A DNA stretch of 64,000 bases. Origin: Mobula hypostoma. Taxonomy: Eukaryota. Location: NCBI RefSeq assembly GCF_963921235.1, contig NC_086108.1:76386001-76450000 (forward strand). The letters are read 5' to 3'. The notes under the pieces were generated by a model that saw only the letters and a program-made list of their open reading frames with translations, searched no databases and was not told the origin of the DNA. This document shows positions 37,983-51,747 of the stretch, piece after piece. The position numbers and the translations under genes are program-made. Numbering within the stretch: the first letter of the stretch is position 1; the number at the start of each line of letters is the position of its first letter.

Positions 37983-40900
37983 ACTGAGTATATTTGGACT
38001 AGGATGAATTGAGGTGTGCAAAAAGTGGCCATAGCAAAATACAAAGTCAGCGTCAATGAATAATTGTTAAGTAAGTATTACTTGACATTGTTGATAATAC
38101 TATTTTGGTGTCAGTATGTATGGGCATATTTGTCAGTCTTTTCAAGTTTCCTAACTGCATTGCTTTCCCTGGTTAATTCCAGGAAATTTCAAAAATGCAT
38201 GGACCATAATTAATTTTAAAAAGCTGTAATAATATGCTCAATTAATAAATCCAAATGGACCACATTAGTATGCAAATGGATTTGCTCCTATGCTGCTTAA
38301 TATTCTGGAGTTAACTGTGGAAGTCATCTTCCCCAATTTAAACCCCAACCTGCTTTGAAAACAATGTAGTCCTCTACATCCAAAACTACCAAATTCAAAA
38401 AAAAATTTGCATGAATAAAATACTGGAAAAATTAATGTGAGAAGTAGATGCAATCGTACACAGTTTGTGTCAAATATCTTATTGAGCATTGAATTAACTT
38501 CGTACTTTGCAAATAGTTAATGAAAATGTTTCATCAGACTTTGTATGACATTTTGCTATTAACGTGCATTGGACCTGATCCACACATTGCACCCTAAGTA
38601 ACATTAAGGTAGATTTATCCACAAAACAAATTGCATTTGTCTGTCTTCATGGAATTGATCAAAACAAACTAAACCGTAAAGCATGTGTGGTCAGAATTGG
38701 TTAACTATCAGACATCAATATTATAGAGTTGTTGAATTTAACTCTTGACTTCTCAAAGCTGAGAAGGAACTGCCAAATCTAAATGGAATTTTAACTGGCA
38801 GTGAGCTTTGGATGTTAGGATGCCTGTCCTCCATCATCAATTCAAACCATCTAGACTAGAATCTAATTGAACACTTAAGGCATGAGAAGCCATTGAAGGA
38901 TCTTGATTTAACTTTAGATAATGAATACAAGAAGATGGAATACAAACTCTCTATCCAATCCTTGAGTACTTGAGCAGTCTTAGGAGGAAAAAAACTATGG
39001 AAGAAGTCACTGATTTTCATCAAAATACCAGATATATAATCAAACGTAGACAGCAGGATGACTGAATTCTTCATTTATACAACAGCAATAAAGCTGTATT
39101 TTAATGAAATAAAAATACTAAAATTTTTACTATTTTTATCTATCAGAGTAATCAATGTGGCTGCTGACATGCAACTTCCAAGAATTATTATAAAAATAGT
39201 CCAAACTTGCATTTCGAAAGGGTTTTTTATCTGCAGAGGGACTGCTTATTCATTCTTCAAAGCTCTGAACAAAAATCACTCAATTCTCAAGGTCAAATAC
39301 ATACTCATGCATATTCAAACATTTTAAGGAATTGATTTTTAAAATAAAATATTTCCCTTAGTTTTGGAGGAAGTGCCAGGAATATTGATCTGTTTGAGGT
39401 GAGGCCACTTATATTTAACTGAGAAACTGTGGTGCACTAACGCTGAAGGTTTGCAAATGAATGTGGACATATTGCAGACACACACAAATGCGTTTGACAA
39501 TCAAATACCTTCAGCACAATTGTCAGGACCCATTAAAAAAGCTATGCAATCACAAAGCTTGAAAGAGACTGGGTGCATTTAACATAGTGTTAACCCTTTC
39601 CCACTTCCACTCCAAGTGGCTCAAAGCAGTAATCACAAATCTCCACAAGATAATGGCATGTATTTTATAGGAGCCATATAGTTTCAACGTCATTATATTG
39701 CTTTCTCTGGCTACTCTGTCTAGAATTATCCGAGAGAAATCACTTCATTATAATTGCCATTAAATTTTAAGAAAGGGGTTTCATCAAATTTTAAACAAGG
39801 GTTAATAATGTAAAATGTTGTGGATACTGGAAACTCAAACATGACAAAAATGATGGACTTAGCAGTTCAATCAAAATCTGTAAGAAGAAAAGAGAGTTTC
39901 ATTACTAAGGGATTTTACTATATTTTTATAAGAATCTCAAGTAACCTGTTTGAGAAATTTGGTGAAAGCTTACTTAAGTGAGAAATGTATGTCACAGTAT
40001 TAGGCAGCTGATCAACATCGATGCACTATAAAGTAATGGATATATATTTAGTGCTCATACATTTAAACTTTTCATCTTTCCTATTAGGCTTGTACATCCT
40101 TGTAAAATATGGCTTCACAACAAAATAATAAAGGGACAAATGTCTCTTCATGGAGAAAAGTGGCTCTGCATCCAGTGCTGCTGGAATGGCAACTCATCAA
40201 ACTAATGAAGATTACTTAATTTGGTGGGCAGGGAATAAAACACTTTAACTCCATTTCAAGGGCTATTGTACTTGGGAGGGAAGCATCAATTTCTCTAAAA
40301 CATGACTGATCTGCAAAAAAAAAACAAATCTTTTTGGAAAGCAGCAAAATGATGCAACAGCATAAGAATAAATCAGTTAAAAAATAGAAAATTCAAAAGA
40401 TGGGTCAAGATAGAAAAAAATGTCTGCAGGAGCAGTGAGATCCTTTTAGCCTACAGAAGAAAGCTTGGTAGTGATATTCAAGATGGTAGAGCAATTTTTT
40501 TTTGGCACTTAGGGGCACTCTTACAATAAAGCTATTAACAAGGAAGCATGGTAGCAAAGGCCAATAGCCACTGGAGTTTGCCATGTCCATTGTCTATTGC
40601 AGCAAATAAGAGCATTATCTGGACTAAGGAACAGTGTCAGGATAGGTTGAACATTCTAAATATAACTTTTCTGTGGTGGCATCGGGCTCTAAGTTTATAT
40701 TATGGTGCATTATCAGCAGTACCAACCACAAATCCCCGACTCTGGATTGCATTCCAAACTGCTATGTTTGTAAAACTGCAAATTCAAACTTTGTTTTGGT
40801 GCAGCCGTCATATAGCTCCAATACAAAGTGACTAAAAGTCAAATGAAAGTCCAAAGTAGTGTAAGTATGCAAATATTGACCAAAAAGCATTAGGACTGTT

Positions 40901-40984
40901 ATGGTGAAAGTGTGTGGGAAGTATACTATTTATACCAGATTTATAGCTGACCTAAGGGTCCCTTCCATTAGTTTCACAATTTCT

Positions 40985-41305
40985 TTGATGCCCTACCATC
41001 AGACAGGAGACACCGTACCATTAGGACACAAACTGTTAGGACAGAAAACATCACCTTCCCCCAGGCTGTGAGACTACTTAACTTCCTGCCAACACCCAGG
41101 TCTCATTACTTATGAAGCATTATGCTGTTTATTTTTTAACTTGCGTTCGATATGTGTCTTATGCTAAATGTCAATCTTCTGGAATATATTTGATAACTTG
41201 TTAATCTACATGTACTGTATTGTGCACCTTGGTCCAAAGGAATGGTGTTTCATTTGGTGGTATACATGTAAAGGGCTGAATGACAATGAATTTGAATTTG
41301 AACTT
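40985..41305 (+). mobile_element. Rex1/Babar 3' fragment
   Basis: FFDALPSDRRHRTIRT..TFPQAVRLLN; tail tttgaatttgaactt. Confidence 0.65.
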
Positions 41306-42018
41306 AATCTTGTAAAAAAAATAAGGTTGAGCCACTTATATAAATTGTCAGACTAGGAAATGAATATCCATAAACTTTGTCTGAAACACAAATGAAATAA
41401 AATGTTGAGAATGAATTCTCCAAGCAAATTTCCTGCAACTTCAGAACTTTTGCTTCCCAGCTTTCTTATATGGGTTTCAGGGGGCATTCCTATCTGTATC
41501 CTATATTAATGCAGAGGAGAGCAAAGGTGCACCAAAAAAAAAACACTACTAACGTTCAGAACCTTTCACCAAACTATAAAGCAGGCCACAGCAAAAAGGC
41601 CTCTTCTTAGGCAGTCCCTTGGAATTGAAGAAGACTTTGCTGCAACTTTGTTTTTGTGGGTTCTTAAGTTATTCATGGGACTATTACGGGAAACAAAGAT
41701 TGTATCACAGCATTGGTGGAGATCCAGATTATGTCCCAGTTCTTTTTTATTACTTAGTATAGTGAATAAACAAGAAATTGATAAGTATAATAAATCCTCT
41801 TTCCAAAACGTTATGAGTGAATTAGTTCCTGGGTTCTTTGATTCAAGAATGTACTTACTTAACTATGTATGATGCAAATATTCTATTTCAAAATAAAACT
41901 TTGAGAGCATAAGCAATCTGAGGTTGCATTTCTATTTGCTTATGTTCCATGTTACCAGATACTATGATTAATAGAGAAATGTGCAAAGATGGGTGCTAAA
42001 ACAAACCTAATTTTCTCT

Positions 42019-43172
42019 CAACATACATCAAAGTTGCTGGTGAACACAGCAGGCCAAGCAGCATCTATAGGAAGAGGCGCAGTCGACGTTTCAGGCCGAG
42101 ACCCTTCGTCTGGACTAACTGAAGGAAGAGTGAGTAAGGGATTTGAAAGCTGGAGGGGGAGGGGGAGATGCAAAATGATAGGAGAAGACAGGAGGGGGAG
42201 GGATAGAGCCGAGAGCTGGACAGGTGATAGGCAAAAGGGTATACGAGAGGATCATGGGACAGGAGGTCTGGGAAGAAAGACAAGGGGGGGGTGACCCAGA
42301 GGATGGGCAAGAGGTATATTCAGAGGGACAGAGGGAGAAAAAGGAGAGTGAGAGAAAGAATGTGTGCATAAAAATGAGTAACAGATGGGGTACGAGGGGG
42401 AGGTGGGGCCTAGCGGAAGTTAGAGAAGTCGATGTTCATGCCATCAGGTTGGAGGCTGCCCAGACGGAATATAAGGTGTTGTTCCTCCAACCCGAGTGTG
42501 GCTTCATCTTTACAGTAGAGGAGGCCGTGGATAGACATGTCAGAATGGGAATGGGATGTGGAATTAAAATGTCTTGGCCACTGGGAGATCCTGCTTTCTC
42601 TGGCGGACAGAGCGTAGATGTTCAGCAAAGCAGTCTCCCAGTCTGCGTCGGGTCTCACCAATATATAAAAGGCCACATCGGGAGCACCGGACGCAGTATA
42701 TCACCCCAGTCGACTCACAGGTGAAGTGATGCCTCACCTGGAAGGACTGTTTGGGGCCCTGAATGGTGGTAAGGGAGGAAGTGTAAGGGCATGTGTAGCA
42801 CTTGTTCCGCTTACACGGATAAGTGCCAGGAGGGAGATCAGTGGGGAGGGATGGGGGGGACGAATGGACAAGGGAGTTGTGTAGGGAGCGATCCCTGTGG
42901 AATGCAGAGAGAGGGGGGGAGGGAAAGATGTGCTTAGTGGTGGGATCCCGTTGGAGGTGGCGGAAGTTACGGAGAATAATATGTTGGACCCGGAGGCTGG
43001 TAGGTAAGGACCAGGGGAACCCTATTCCTAGTGGGGTGGTGGGAGGATGGAGTGAGAGCAGATGTACGTGAAATGGGGGAGATGCGTTTAAGAGCAGAGT
43101 TGATAGTGGAGGAAGGGAAGCCCCTTTCTTTAAAAAATGAAGACATCTCCCTCGTCCTAGAATGAAAAGCCT
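42019..43172 (-). mobile_element. Penelope-like element 3' fragment, same subfamily as 1-460
   Basis: ORFs 42967-43206 (FFKERGFP..RVPLVLTY) and 42410-42676 (HFNSTSHSH..EEQHLIFRLGSLQPDGMNIDF). Confidence 0.92.
42080..42117 (-). ncRNA. Hammerhead ribozyme motif with core mutation (CUGA to CAGA)
   Basis: Minus strand AGTC-CAGACGA-AGG(gtctcgg)CCT-GAAAC-GTC-GACTG; substitution at 42111. Confidence 0.7.
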
Positions 43173-43464
43173 CTCTCACTTGACGTGGAATTGCTGGAGT
43201 TAACATGAAGAATTTCTTTTTATATTAATATATCTATTTAAGTGTGTTTAAATAAGTCTCCTTTGAAGCCAGATGTGTAATTAATCTGGAAATTAGATAG
43301 GGGTAAAAAAAAGTCTTACCTTATACCAACTGATGTATAAGTTACCTGGCCCCGCAAAACATCTTAGCACCTCCTTACCCGCATTAACTGTAATAATTAA
43401 TTAACTGCATTTGCTGTAATAATTTTTTACCACTGTTTTCAGTCATGGGTGTTCTAAAATTTCA

Positions 43465-44255
43465 TGTTCATGGTCATAGTCACAGTCATACTTTACTGAT
43501 CCCGGGGTGAATTGGTTTTTGTTACAGTTGCACCATAAATAATTAAATAGTAATAAAACCATAAATAGTTAAATAGTAATATGTAAATTATGCCAGGAAA
43601 TAAGTCCAGGACCAGCCTATTGGCTCAGGGTGTCTGACCCTCCAAGGGATGAGTTGTAAAGTTTGATGGCCACAGGCAGGAATGACTTCCTATGACGCTC
43701 TGTGTTGCATCTCGGAGGAATGAGTCTCTGGCTGAATGTACTCCTGTGCCCAACCAGTACATTATGTAGTGGATGGGAGACGTTGTCCAAGATGGCATGC
43801 AACTTGGACAGCATCCTCTTTTCACACACCACCGTCAGAGAGTCCAGTTCCATCCCCACAACATCACTGGCCTTACGAATGAGTTTGTTGATTCTGTTGG
43901 TGTCTGCTACCCTCAGCCTGCTGCCCCAGCACACAACAGCAAACATGATCGCACTGGCCACCACAGACTCGTAGAACATCCTCAGCATCGTCCGGCAGAT
44001 GTTAAAGGACCTCAGTCTCCTCAGGAAATAGACACGGCTCTGACCCTTCTTGTAGACAGCCTCAGTGTTCTTTGACCAGTCCAGTTTATTGTCAATTCGT
44101 ATCCCCAGGTATTTATAATCCTCCACCATGTCCACACTAACCCCCTGGATGGAAACAGTGGTCGCCGGTACCTTAGCTCTCCTCAGGTCTACCACCAGCT
44201 CCTTAGTCTTTTTAACATTAAGCTGCAGATAATTCTGCTCACACCATGTGACAAA
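43465..44255 (-). mobile_element. Rex1/Babar LINE 3' fragment with an uninterrupted C-terminal frame
   Basis: ORF 43617-44321: WC..N.LQLNVKKTKELVVD, YKYLG, YFLRRLRSF, FYESVVAS, HPLH and RKSFLPVAIKLYN. Confidence 0.92.
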
Positions 44256-44659
44256 AATTGCCTTAAATTGGATGTATATTGGGATATTCTCCCAGATTTT
44301 GATTTTGCAGGGAAATTTCACATTTGTTGCTTATGTTAATATTAGCTGTGAAAGTTGTGCCAAGAACCATACTTGATTGTTTAAATCATAAGCGTCATTA
44401 CTTATCAACCTGCCTGTTGTCGGGGAAAGTATAGTAATTAGTACATGGGGTCATGCATTGTGTTAATGTGGTAATAGGGAACCACAGACAAAGCCTAGAA
44501 GTGGAGACAAGGAATAGAACAAGGATGACGTTCAAGGTTCAGGAGTTTCATTAATTATGTTATAGTATGCACCCACTGTTGTAACAGTAAGTCAGATTTA
44601 CTCTTAGACCTATGGACAATTATTTTACTCTGTAATCAGGACCTAGACCTGTAATCAGA

Positions 44660-45122
44660 ATCCATGGGGTTACCGTATGAGGAACATCTGGTAGCTCTTG
44701 GGCTGTATTCCCTGGAGTTCAGGAGAATGAAGGGGGGATCTCATAGAAACATTCCTAATGTTAAAAGCCCTGAACAGATTAGATACGGCAAAGTTATTTC
44801 CCGTGGTAGGGGAGTCTAGGAAAAGAGGTCATGACTTCAGGATTGAAGAACGTCCATTTAGAACAGGGATGTTGAGAAATTACTTCAGTCAGAGGGTGGT
44901 AAATCTGTGGAATTTGTTGCCACGAGCGGCTGTGCAGGCCAAGTCATTGGGCCCATTTAAGGCAGAGATAGATAGGTTCTTAATTATCCAGGGCATCAAA
45001 GGGTATGGGGAGAAGACAGGGGAGTGGGGATGACTGGAAGAATTGGATCAGCCCATGACTGGATGGCAGAGCAGACTTGGGCCGAATGGCCTACTTCTGC
45101 TCCTATATCTTATGGTCTTATA
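44660..45122 (+). mobile_element. CR1 3' fragment
   Basis: LGLYSLEFRRM, RNYFSQRVVNLWN; tail tcttatggtcttat. Confidence 0.9.
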
Positions 45123-45184
45123 GTCCATTACTTAATTAAGTGTTCCTGTAGCTACCATTCTTTTATCAAATGTAGTTTTACTGG

Positions 45185-45807
45185 TGTAATGCCCTGGTTC
45201 ATTTTTTTTTTGTTACGCTGTTCTGTCTTTCATTTTGTGCTGTTTTGTGCGAGCTACTTGTTTTCCTCTTACGTTTGGGATACTGTTGAGATAAGAGATA
45301 GGAGAATTGTGTGCCATCCAATTAGGATGGTCGGATTAAGGGGACCTTTCTCTGGTGAGGGACACTAAGGTTGGGCTTGAGGCTTTCATTAGAGAGAGAT
45401 GAAAAAAGAAGACGCCGGAGAGAAGAGGTCATGGTATTCAACCCGCAGAGGAGCTGTGATTCGATGAAGCCCGGGGTGATCGAAGGAGGATCGAAGACAA
45501 GGAAACCGTGAGCTCCAACTTTTGCACATTAAACTGTTTCATTAAAAAGGGTCCTTTTCTTTTTTTTGTTGTTGTTTCTTTACTCACCCTTAGTCAAATT
45601 AAGAATTATAAAGCTAAATAAAACTTTTAATTGTATGTGTGTACTGTTTGTTATTTCATGGTACTCATTTGTAACAGGGTAACAAATCACACAGCATCCA
45701 CACAAACAGGTGGTTTTAGGGTGGCTCGCACCTCAATCTCACCCGTTTAGCCAGGCTGGAGATCGTCTTCCCTAGACTTACGCAGCTGATGAAACCGGAG
45801 TGTTTCA
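45185..45807 (+). repeat. 5' LTR (TG...CA)
   Basis: Starts TGTAATGCCC and ends TGTTTCA, 3 nt before the PBS; the first ~290 bp recur at 51748-52014. Confidence 0.88.
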
Positions 45808-45810
45808 GAG

Positions 45811-45828
45811 TGGGGGTTCATCCGGGAT
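45811..45828 (+). other. Primer-binding site, tRNA-Pro type
   Basis: TGGGGGTTCATCCGGGAT matches the canonical tRNA-Pro PBS TGGGGGCTCGTCCGGGAT at 16/18 positions. Confidence 0.85.
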
Positions 45829-45934
45829 CAGTTTCGTTGGATACTGTGTGATTGCCCTGAGCACTGATCCAGTGGGTTGTGTATTTAAGTCCGTGCTAAA
45901 CTATTGTCCGGTAAAGTGATTACGATACGTGATT

Positions 45935-47351
45935 ATGGATGCTGCAGGGGTGGAGCGGTGGTGCAAATCCATGAGGTTACTGGTAACGAATGCATGTGTG
46001 TCGAGTAGGGTAGACATTCGTATTCCTGATGAATTGTTAATTCAAACTTTAAGTACTGTTAAAGCCATAGGAACAGTTCTGATTGTGGAGCGGAAGTTTG
46101 ATATAATGGCGGGCAAAGATTTTGTTTTAGTCCAGACAACTGCTGACATTTGGCAGTGGAATTGCCTGGTACTACTGGGGCCCCAAGAGTGGGGAGGGGG
46201 GGTGCGTGGGATGCCCATGCTTTCCGGAAGGAGGAAGAGAGTGTAGGAGAGCAGGCCGAATCGCAAGCCAAGTCTCCCGTAGCTGGGGGTGGAGATTTCA
46301 AAGCCAGGTTGCTCTCGTTTCTGCGGAGCGAAGGGAAGGAGTGGTCTGATTTGCAATGTCTAATGAGTCCCCCAGTGAAGAGTGGGACTTCTGAGTTTGT
46401 ATCCACCCTGACCTCCCTTGCAAATAAATGACCCAGTGCCCAGGCAGAGGGTCCTAGTAATTGAAAACTGAGAATATTCTCTCGGGTGAAGTAAGGAGCA
46501 GACCTCTCAGTTGCTAAATGAGTGGCAGTACTCTAATGACGTAAAAAGACAGCATTGATTGAGAGTTTGAGAGGTCAGGCTGGTGACATAGTGAGAGCCG
46601 TAAAGACACAGAACCCCTTTGCTACCTCTGCAGCTTACATGCAAGCACCAGAAAAGGTGTTTGATGTGATGGGAAGCCCAGTGGAGCTCACGCTGGGGTT
46701 TCAGAACATGTGTCAGGAGAAGGGTGAGAAGCCTTCGGCCTACATTTTTCAGCTAGAGAGGCAGCTAAATTGCTTGTGGCGTAGAGCGACCATTCAGACA
46801 GCTGAGGTGGATCAGTTAAGAATGGACAAAATAGCGAAAGTTGCCCAGTCCCAGGACCTGAGCACTTGGGGTCTCCGACTGTCTTGTAAGACACACCCCC
46901 TCCCTCGTTTGTTGAGCTGATCAGGGAAGTACGAGAGGAGGAGACTGCATCGGATGCACGGGGTGGGGGGGGGGGCCTCCATCAGCAGGGTACGGTCCTC
47001 AGTAGCAGCCTCCTGCATTGAAGTGACCACGGATAGCCCACCCCAGGGAGTGGTAAAGGAGGTTGTGACAGAGTTGAGAACTGAGATGCCCCGATTGTTA
47101 TCAGCAGGTGTGGCTTTCCTGTACAATGGAACTGAATGGGAGCCAGCCTCCCTAAGGGGATGGACTATGCAGAGGGCTGCTAGTGGCCGGGGTCCCATCA
47201 GAAGGGGGGCGGTCGTTATTGTCTGTTATAACTATGATGAAGAGGGACACTTCAGGCGGGAGTGTGAATGACGGGAAACCCCTCGGAGAGTGAGCCCCTG
47301 GGTACCTAAACAGAGAGAGAGACATTGGGAAACTTAGAAGAGACCCAGTGA
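45935..47351 (+). pseudogene. Gypsy gag, PNMA/Ma-like, disrupted
   Basis: MDAAGVERWC..., LRIFS, LIESLRG.A, Q.KGEKPSAYIFQLE and the degenerate CCHC knuckle CYNYDEEGHFRREC. Confidence 0.75.
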
Positions 47352-47399
47352 GGGAACAGCCCAGCAATATATCAAGGGATATCCTAAAGCAAAAAACTC

Positions 47400-50300
47400 T
47401 ATTCCTGAAGACTTAGTGGGGCCAAGCTCCAATGTATGGCTACGTATAGAGAGTATTTATGCTAGAGCCATACTTGACACAGGGTCACAGGTCACTTTGC
47501 TGTATCATTCGTTTTACAACCAGTATTTGACACATTTACCATTGATGCCACTCAGTGCACTAGGGATCTGGGGTCTTAGTGCGGGTGATTATCCATATGA
47601 TGGTTATCTTGTCAGTGAGGCTGGAGTTTTCGAAAGCAGGTGTGGAAGTGGCTAAGGTCCTTGATACGTTATCACTGGTTTGTCCAGATCCCATTCAGAA
47701 GGGCAGAGTTTCAGTTCTTGTAGGGACAAATACTCCTATTGTGAGGAGGCCAATAGGAGCCTACAAGGAAAGAGCTGGGGAGAGCTTTCTGAAAATATTG
47801 TCCGTTCACCCAGTATTTCAAGCTGCTTTTGAGGAAGTGCATGGCCACACTGGGCCGGATAATGAGCTTAGACGAGGGACTGTGCGGTTCACCCAGTCAA
47901 AACTAATTGTGTTACAGCCTGGGGAAGTAGTGAGAGTGATGGGAAAACCCAAATTTCTCCGAATGCCTGAGGCCAAGGCCCTCTTGGTGGATGTTCCGGA
48001 AGACCACGAAGAGGAATCAGGCTTACCTGCTGGGGTATTGGTAAGGCCGGAACTGCAGAAGTCTTCGTTGTACAGGCCAACAGGATGGCAGTGATTGTCA
48101 GGAACACTATGAAGAGGAAGGTCACCTTCAAGCAGGGATGCCCCTGGAACACCTCTTCCTGGTGACGGTAATGTCCAGTGCCCCTGTGAGACAAGCCGGG
48201 CAGAAACTCACTTCGAGGAAGGGTGAGTTGACTGCTGAGTCATTCAACTTTGGGGACTCCCCAGTACCTGCGGGTTGGAAGAGGAGGTTGATAGAGAAGA
48301 TGTTGAAACTGGAAAGTGTCTTTTCTACTAATGAGTTTGATGTGGGTTGTTCCAAGAGCACTTGCCACACTATCCGGCTGACCGAGGACACCCCGTTCAG
48401 AGAAAGGTCGTGGCAACTGGGCCCTGCAGAGGTGTAAGATACTCGGCAGCATTTGTGGAGTCCAGAAGCCCTATGCGTCCCCAGTAGCAGTGGCCAGGAA
48501 GAAGAATGGGGAGGTATGGATGTGTGTGGACTATAGGATTCTGAACAGGCATACTGTCCCCAATCAGTATACGGTCCCAAGGATCCAGGACCGCATTGGC
48601 TTTCTGAGTGGTATGAAGAGGTTCAGTGTGCTGGATGTGAGGAGTGGATATTACCAGATCACCATGAGTGAGGCTGACAAAGAAAAGACGGCATTTATAT
48701 GTCTACTGGAATTCTTCCAGTTCGAAAGGATTCCCCAGGGCATATCGGAAGACCCTACAACTTTCCAGCATGCCATGGAGAAAACGGTGGGGGATATGAA
48801 TTTACTTGACGTATTGGTGTATCTGGATGACCTCAAAGTGTTTGGGTCCACCTTGCAGGAACCTGAAACGAGGCTACTGAAGGTGCAGGGACGCTTGAAA
48901 GCTGAAGGATTAAAACTTTCCCTGGATAAGTGCCAGTTCTGCAAGACGTCTGTCAGCTACGTTGGGCACATAGTCTTACAGATGGAGTAGCTACGGATCC
49001 GACTAAGATAGAGGTGGTGACCACATGGCCAAGGCCCCAGACTGGGAGCACTTTGCGCTCATTCTTTGGGTTCTGTGGGTACTACCAGGAGTTCGTGAAG
49101 GACTACACGAAAGTGATTCACCCTTTAAATCCGCTTCTGTACGGTTACCGTTCCTTGGGGAAGAAAGGGAGGAGGACAAAAGGAGAGGAGGGCAAAGATT
49201 TTCTTAGCCCTTCAGAGCCTTTTGGAGCAAGATGGGATGTGAAATGTGAAGAGGTCTTTCAGTCGCTGAAGGAACTGCTGATACAAGTGCCCGTGCTGGC
49301 TTCTACAGACCCACGATTGCCATATGTACTGCATACGGATGCCAACAGAGAGAGCTTAGGGGGTGTACTGTATCAGGATCAGGGCATAGGGTTGAGACCT
49401 GTTGTGTTTGTCAGCTGGAGTCTGTCACCCTCTGAGAAAAACTATCTCATGCACAAGTTGGAGCTCCTGGCATTGAAAATGGCTGTGGTGGCTAAGTTGA
49501 GTGATTACCTCTATGGTGTCAAATTTGAGGTAAGGATAGACAACAACCCATTAACATATATCCTGACCTCGGCAAAATTGGATGCCACAGGCCATCAATG
49601 GTTGGCAGCGTTGTCTGCCTATGATTTCAGCCTGAAGTACCATCCAGGAAGTAGAAACATTGATGTCGATGCTCTGTCCTGACATGCGCACCAAGGGCTT
49701 GACAGGGACGAAGAGTGGGAGGGTGTTCTCGCCTGGGGGAGTGAAAGCTTTGTGCCAGTCTTCCCATCACAGCGAAGGCAGGGGGAAGGCAAAGGTGAAT
49801 CGAGCGGTAAATCAATTGGGAGCTTCTGACGGTGCCATTCCATGAGCTTACTGTAACCTGTCAAACTAGTCGCCAGATTTGAGTCCTGGGGAAGTGGCAG
49901 CTGCTCAGCGAGATGACCAGGGCATTGGCACTATTTGGTCAGCGGTCGAAAAGGGAGACATGGCCCAAGAGGAGAAGTCGAAACGTGCTGTGGTGCCTCC
50001 ATTACTGAGAGAATGGCCCAGATTGGAGTTGAGGAACCAGATCCTATACTGGGTCACGTTGCCTCTGGACCGGCCTCGGCGTTCCCAGCTGATTCTGCCT
50101 GAGAAGTATCAGAGAATTGTGCTGAAGTCACTTCGTGATGATTCTGGCCATTTGGGGGTGGAAAAGACCTATGAGTTGCTCAGAGATCAGTTCTACTGGC
50201 CCTGAATGAAACAGGAGATCGAAGAGTACTGCAAGTCGTGCATTTGATGTATATGGAGGAAGACACTGCCTATGAGGGCCGCTCCACTGTCCCACTTGCA

Positions 50301-51180
50301 GAGTGCGGGCCCCCTTGACCTGGCGTGTATGGATTTCTCGTCAATAGAGCCAGATGCCAACAACATGGCGAATGCCTTGATCATTAAGGATCGCGTAAAC
50401 TTTCCCTACCAAGGATCAGAGGGCATCCATGGTGGCCAAAGTGATATGGGAGAAGTATTTCGTTTATTATGACCTCCCCATGCAGATACATAGTGATCAG
50501 GGACGGGATTTCGAGAGTAGGCTTATAAATGAGTTACTGGGCATGCTTGCAGTCAAGAAGCTGAGGACTACACCTTATCACCTGCAAGGTGATCCCCAGC
50601 CCAAGAGGTTTAATCGGACCTTGGAGATCAGCAAAAAGAACAAGTGAAGTCAACATATTGGACATCTGGTCCATTGCTACAACTGTAGACAAAATGAAGC
50701 CTCCGGGTACTTGCCATATTATCTGATTTTTGAGCGCGAGGCGAGGTTGCCCATCGACCTTTGTTTTGGTACTAGCAAGGAAGATCTACCACTGAAGACT
50801 TATCTGAAGTATGTGTCTGATATGGGAAGGGAGCTGAAAAAGGCTTGTGAATTAGCTGAGGTCACAGCTGTCAAGCAGAATCAAGGAAATAAGAGGAGGT
50901 ATGATCAAAAGGTTAGGTTCTCCCAACTCATGCCAGGAGACTGAGTCCTCATAAGGAATTTGGGGCTACCTGGGAAGCATAAAGCTGGCTGACCACTGGG
51001 CGGCTACGCCCTATGTAGTGGACAGTCAGATGCCAAATGTACCAATTATCTGGGTGAAACCAGAGGATGGGTATAGCCCTGTCAAGATTCTACAACGGAA
51101 CCACCTTCTGCCTCTGGGACAAGAAGTACCCAGAGCCCCACCTAGAGCCTACACCTAGTAAGAGGACTCTGCGGTGACAC
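47400..51180 (+). pseudogene. Gypsy pol (protease, RT, RNase H, integrase), disrupted
   Basis: AILDTGSQVT, MCVDYR.LN, LDVRSGYYQ, PQG, VYLDD, LHTDA, IDNNPL, GHLGVEKT..FYWP, IHSDQGRDFES and TTPYH.QGD. Confidence 0.92.
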
Positions 51181-51747
51181 GGAGAGACTGAAAGACAAAC
51201 AGCAGGGAAAGGGAGACCAGCCCCATCCTTGAATGTGATATCCACTCGGAGGATGAGGAAATGGGGGTGTGGTGTATACTGTCTTTTGCTAACTACCCAC
51301 TGACTGAGGGAGAGATTCCCAACCCTTCTCACATTGAGGCTGATGAAATCAGGGGGAACTATCTGTGGACAGGCTGCGTTTCAGCGGGACCATGAAGGGG
51401 ATGAAACGGAGCTCAGCCAAGTGGCAGAGGGATACGGAGCCGCAGGAGGGCACATGTGATAGACCAGGGGAGGCCTTGTCATATCAACCAAAAGTATCCC
51501 ATGGAATGTCTGAAACTGAAGAAGCAGGTAATGGGGTAAGGAGGTCTCAAAGAATCAGGAGACCCCCAGAAAGGCTGGCCTAAGCAGCACTGGGCGAAAA
51601 GAGTGCTACGGCTATCCCCCAGTGAGCTACATCACTACCCTTTACAAATGGATTGGAGGTTCTGACATCACGAAAGTCCTTTGAAAACATTGTTATTCAT
51701 GATGGGATGACAATTTATTTCAAAGTCATGAGGACATGACTATTTTG

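Noticed and set aside
45786..45807. CTGATGAAAC...GTTTCA at the LTR end as a hammerhead
   Set aside because: There is no GAAA after a helix II; it is only a small hairpin in U5.
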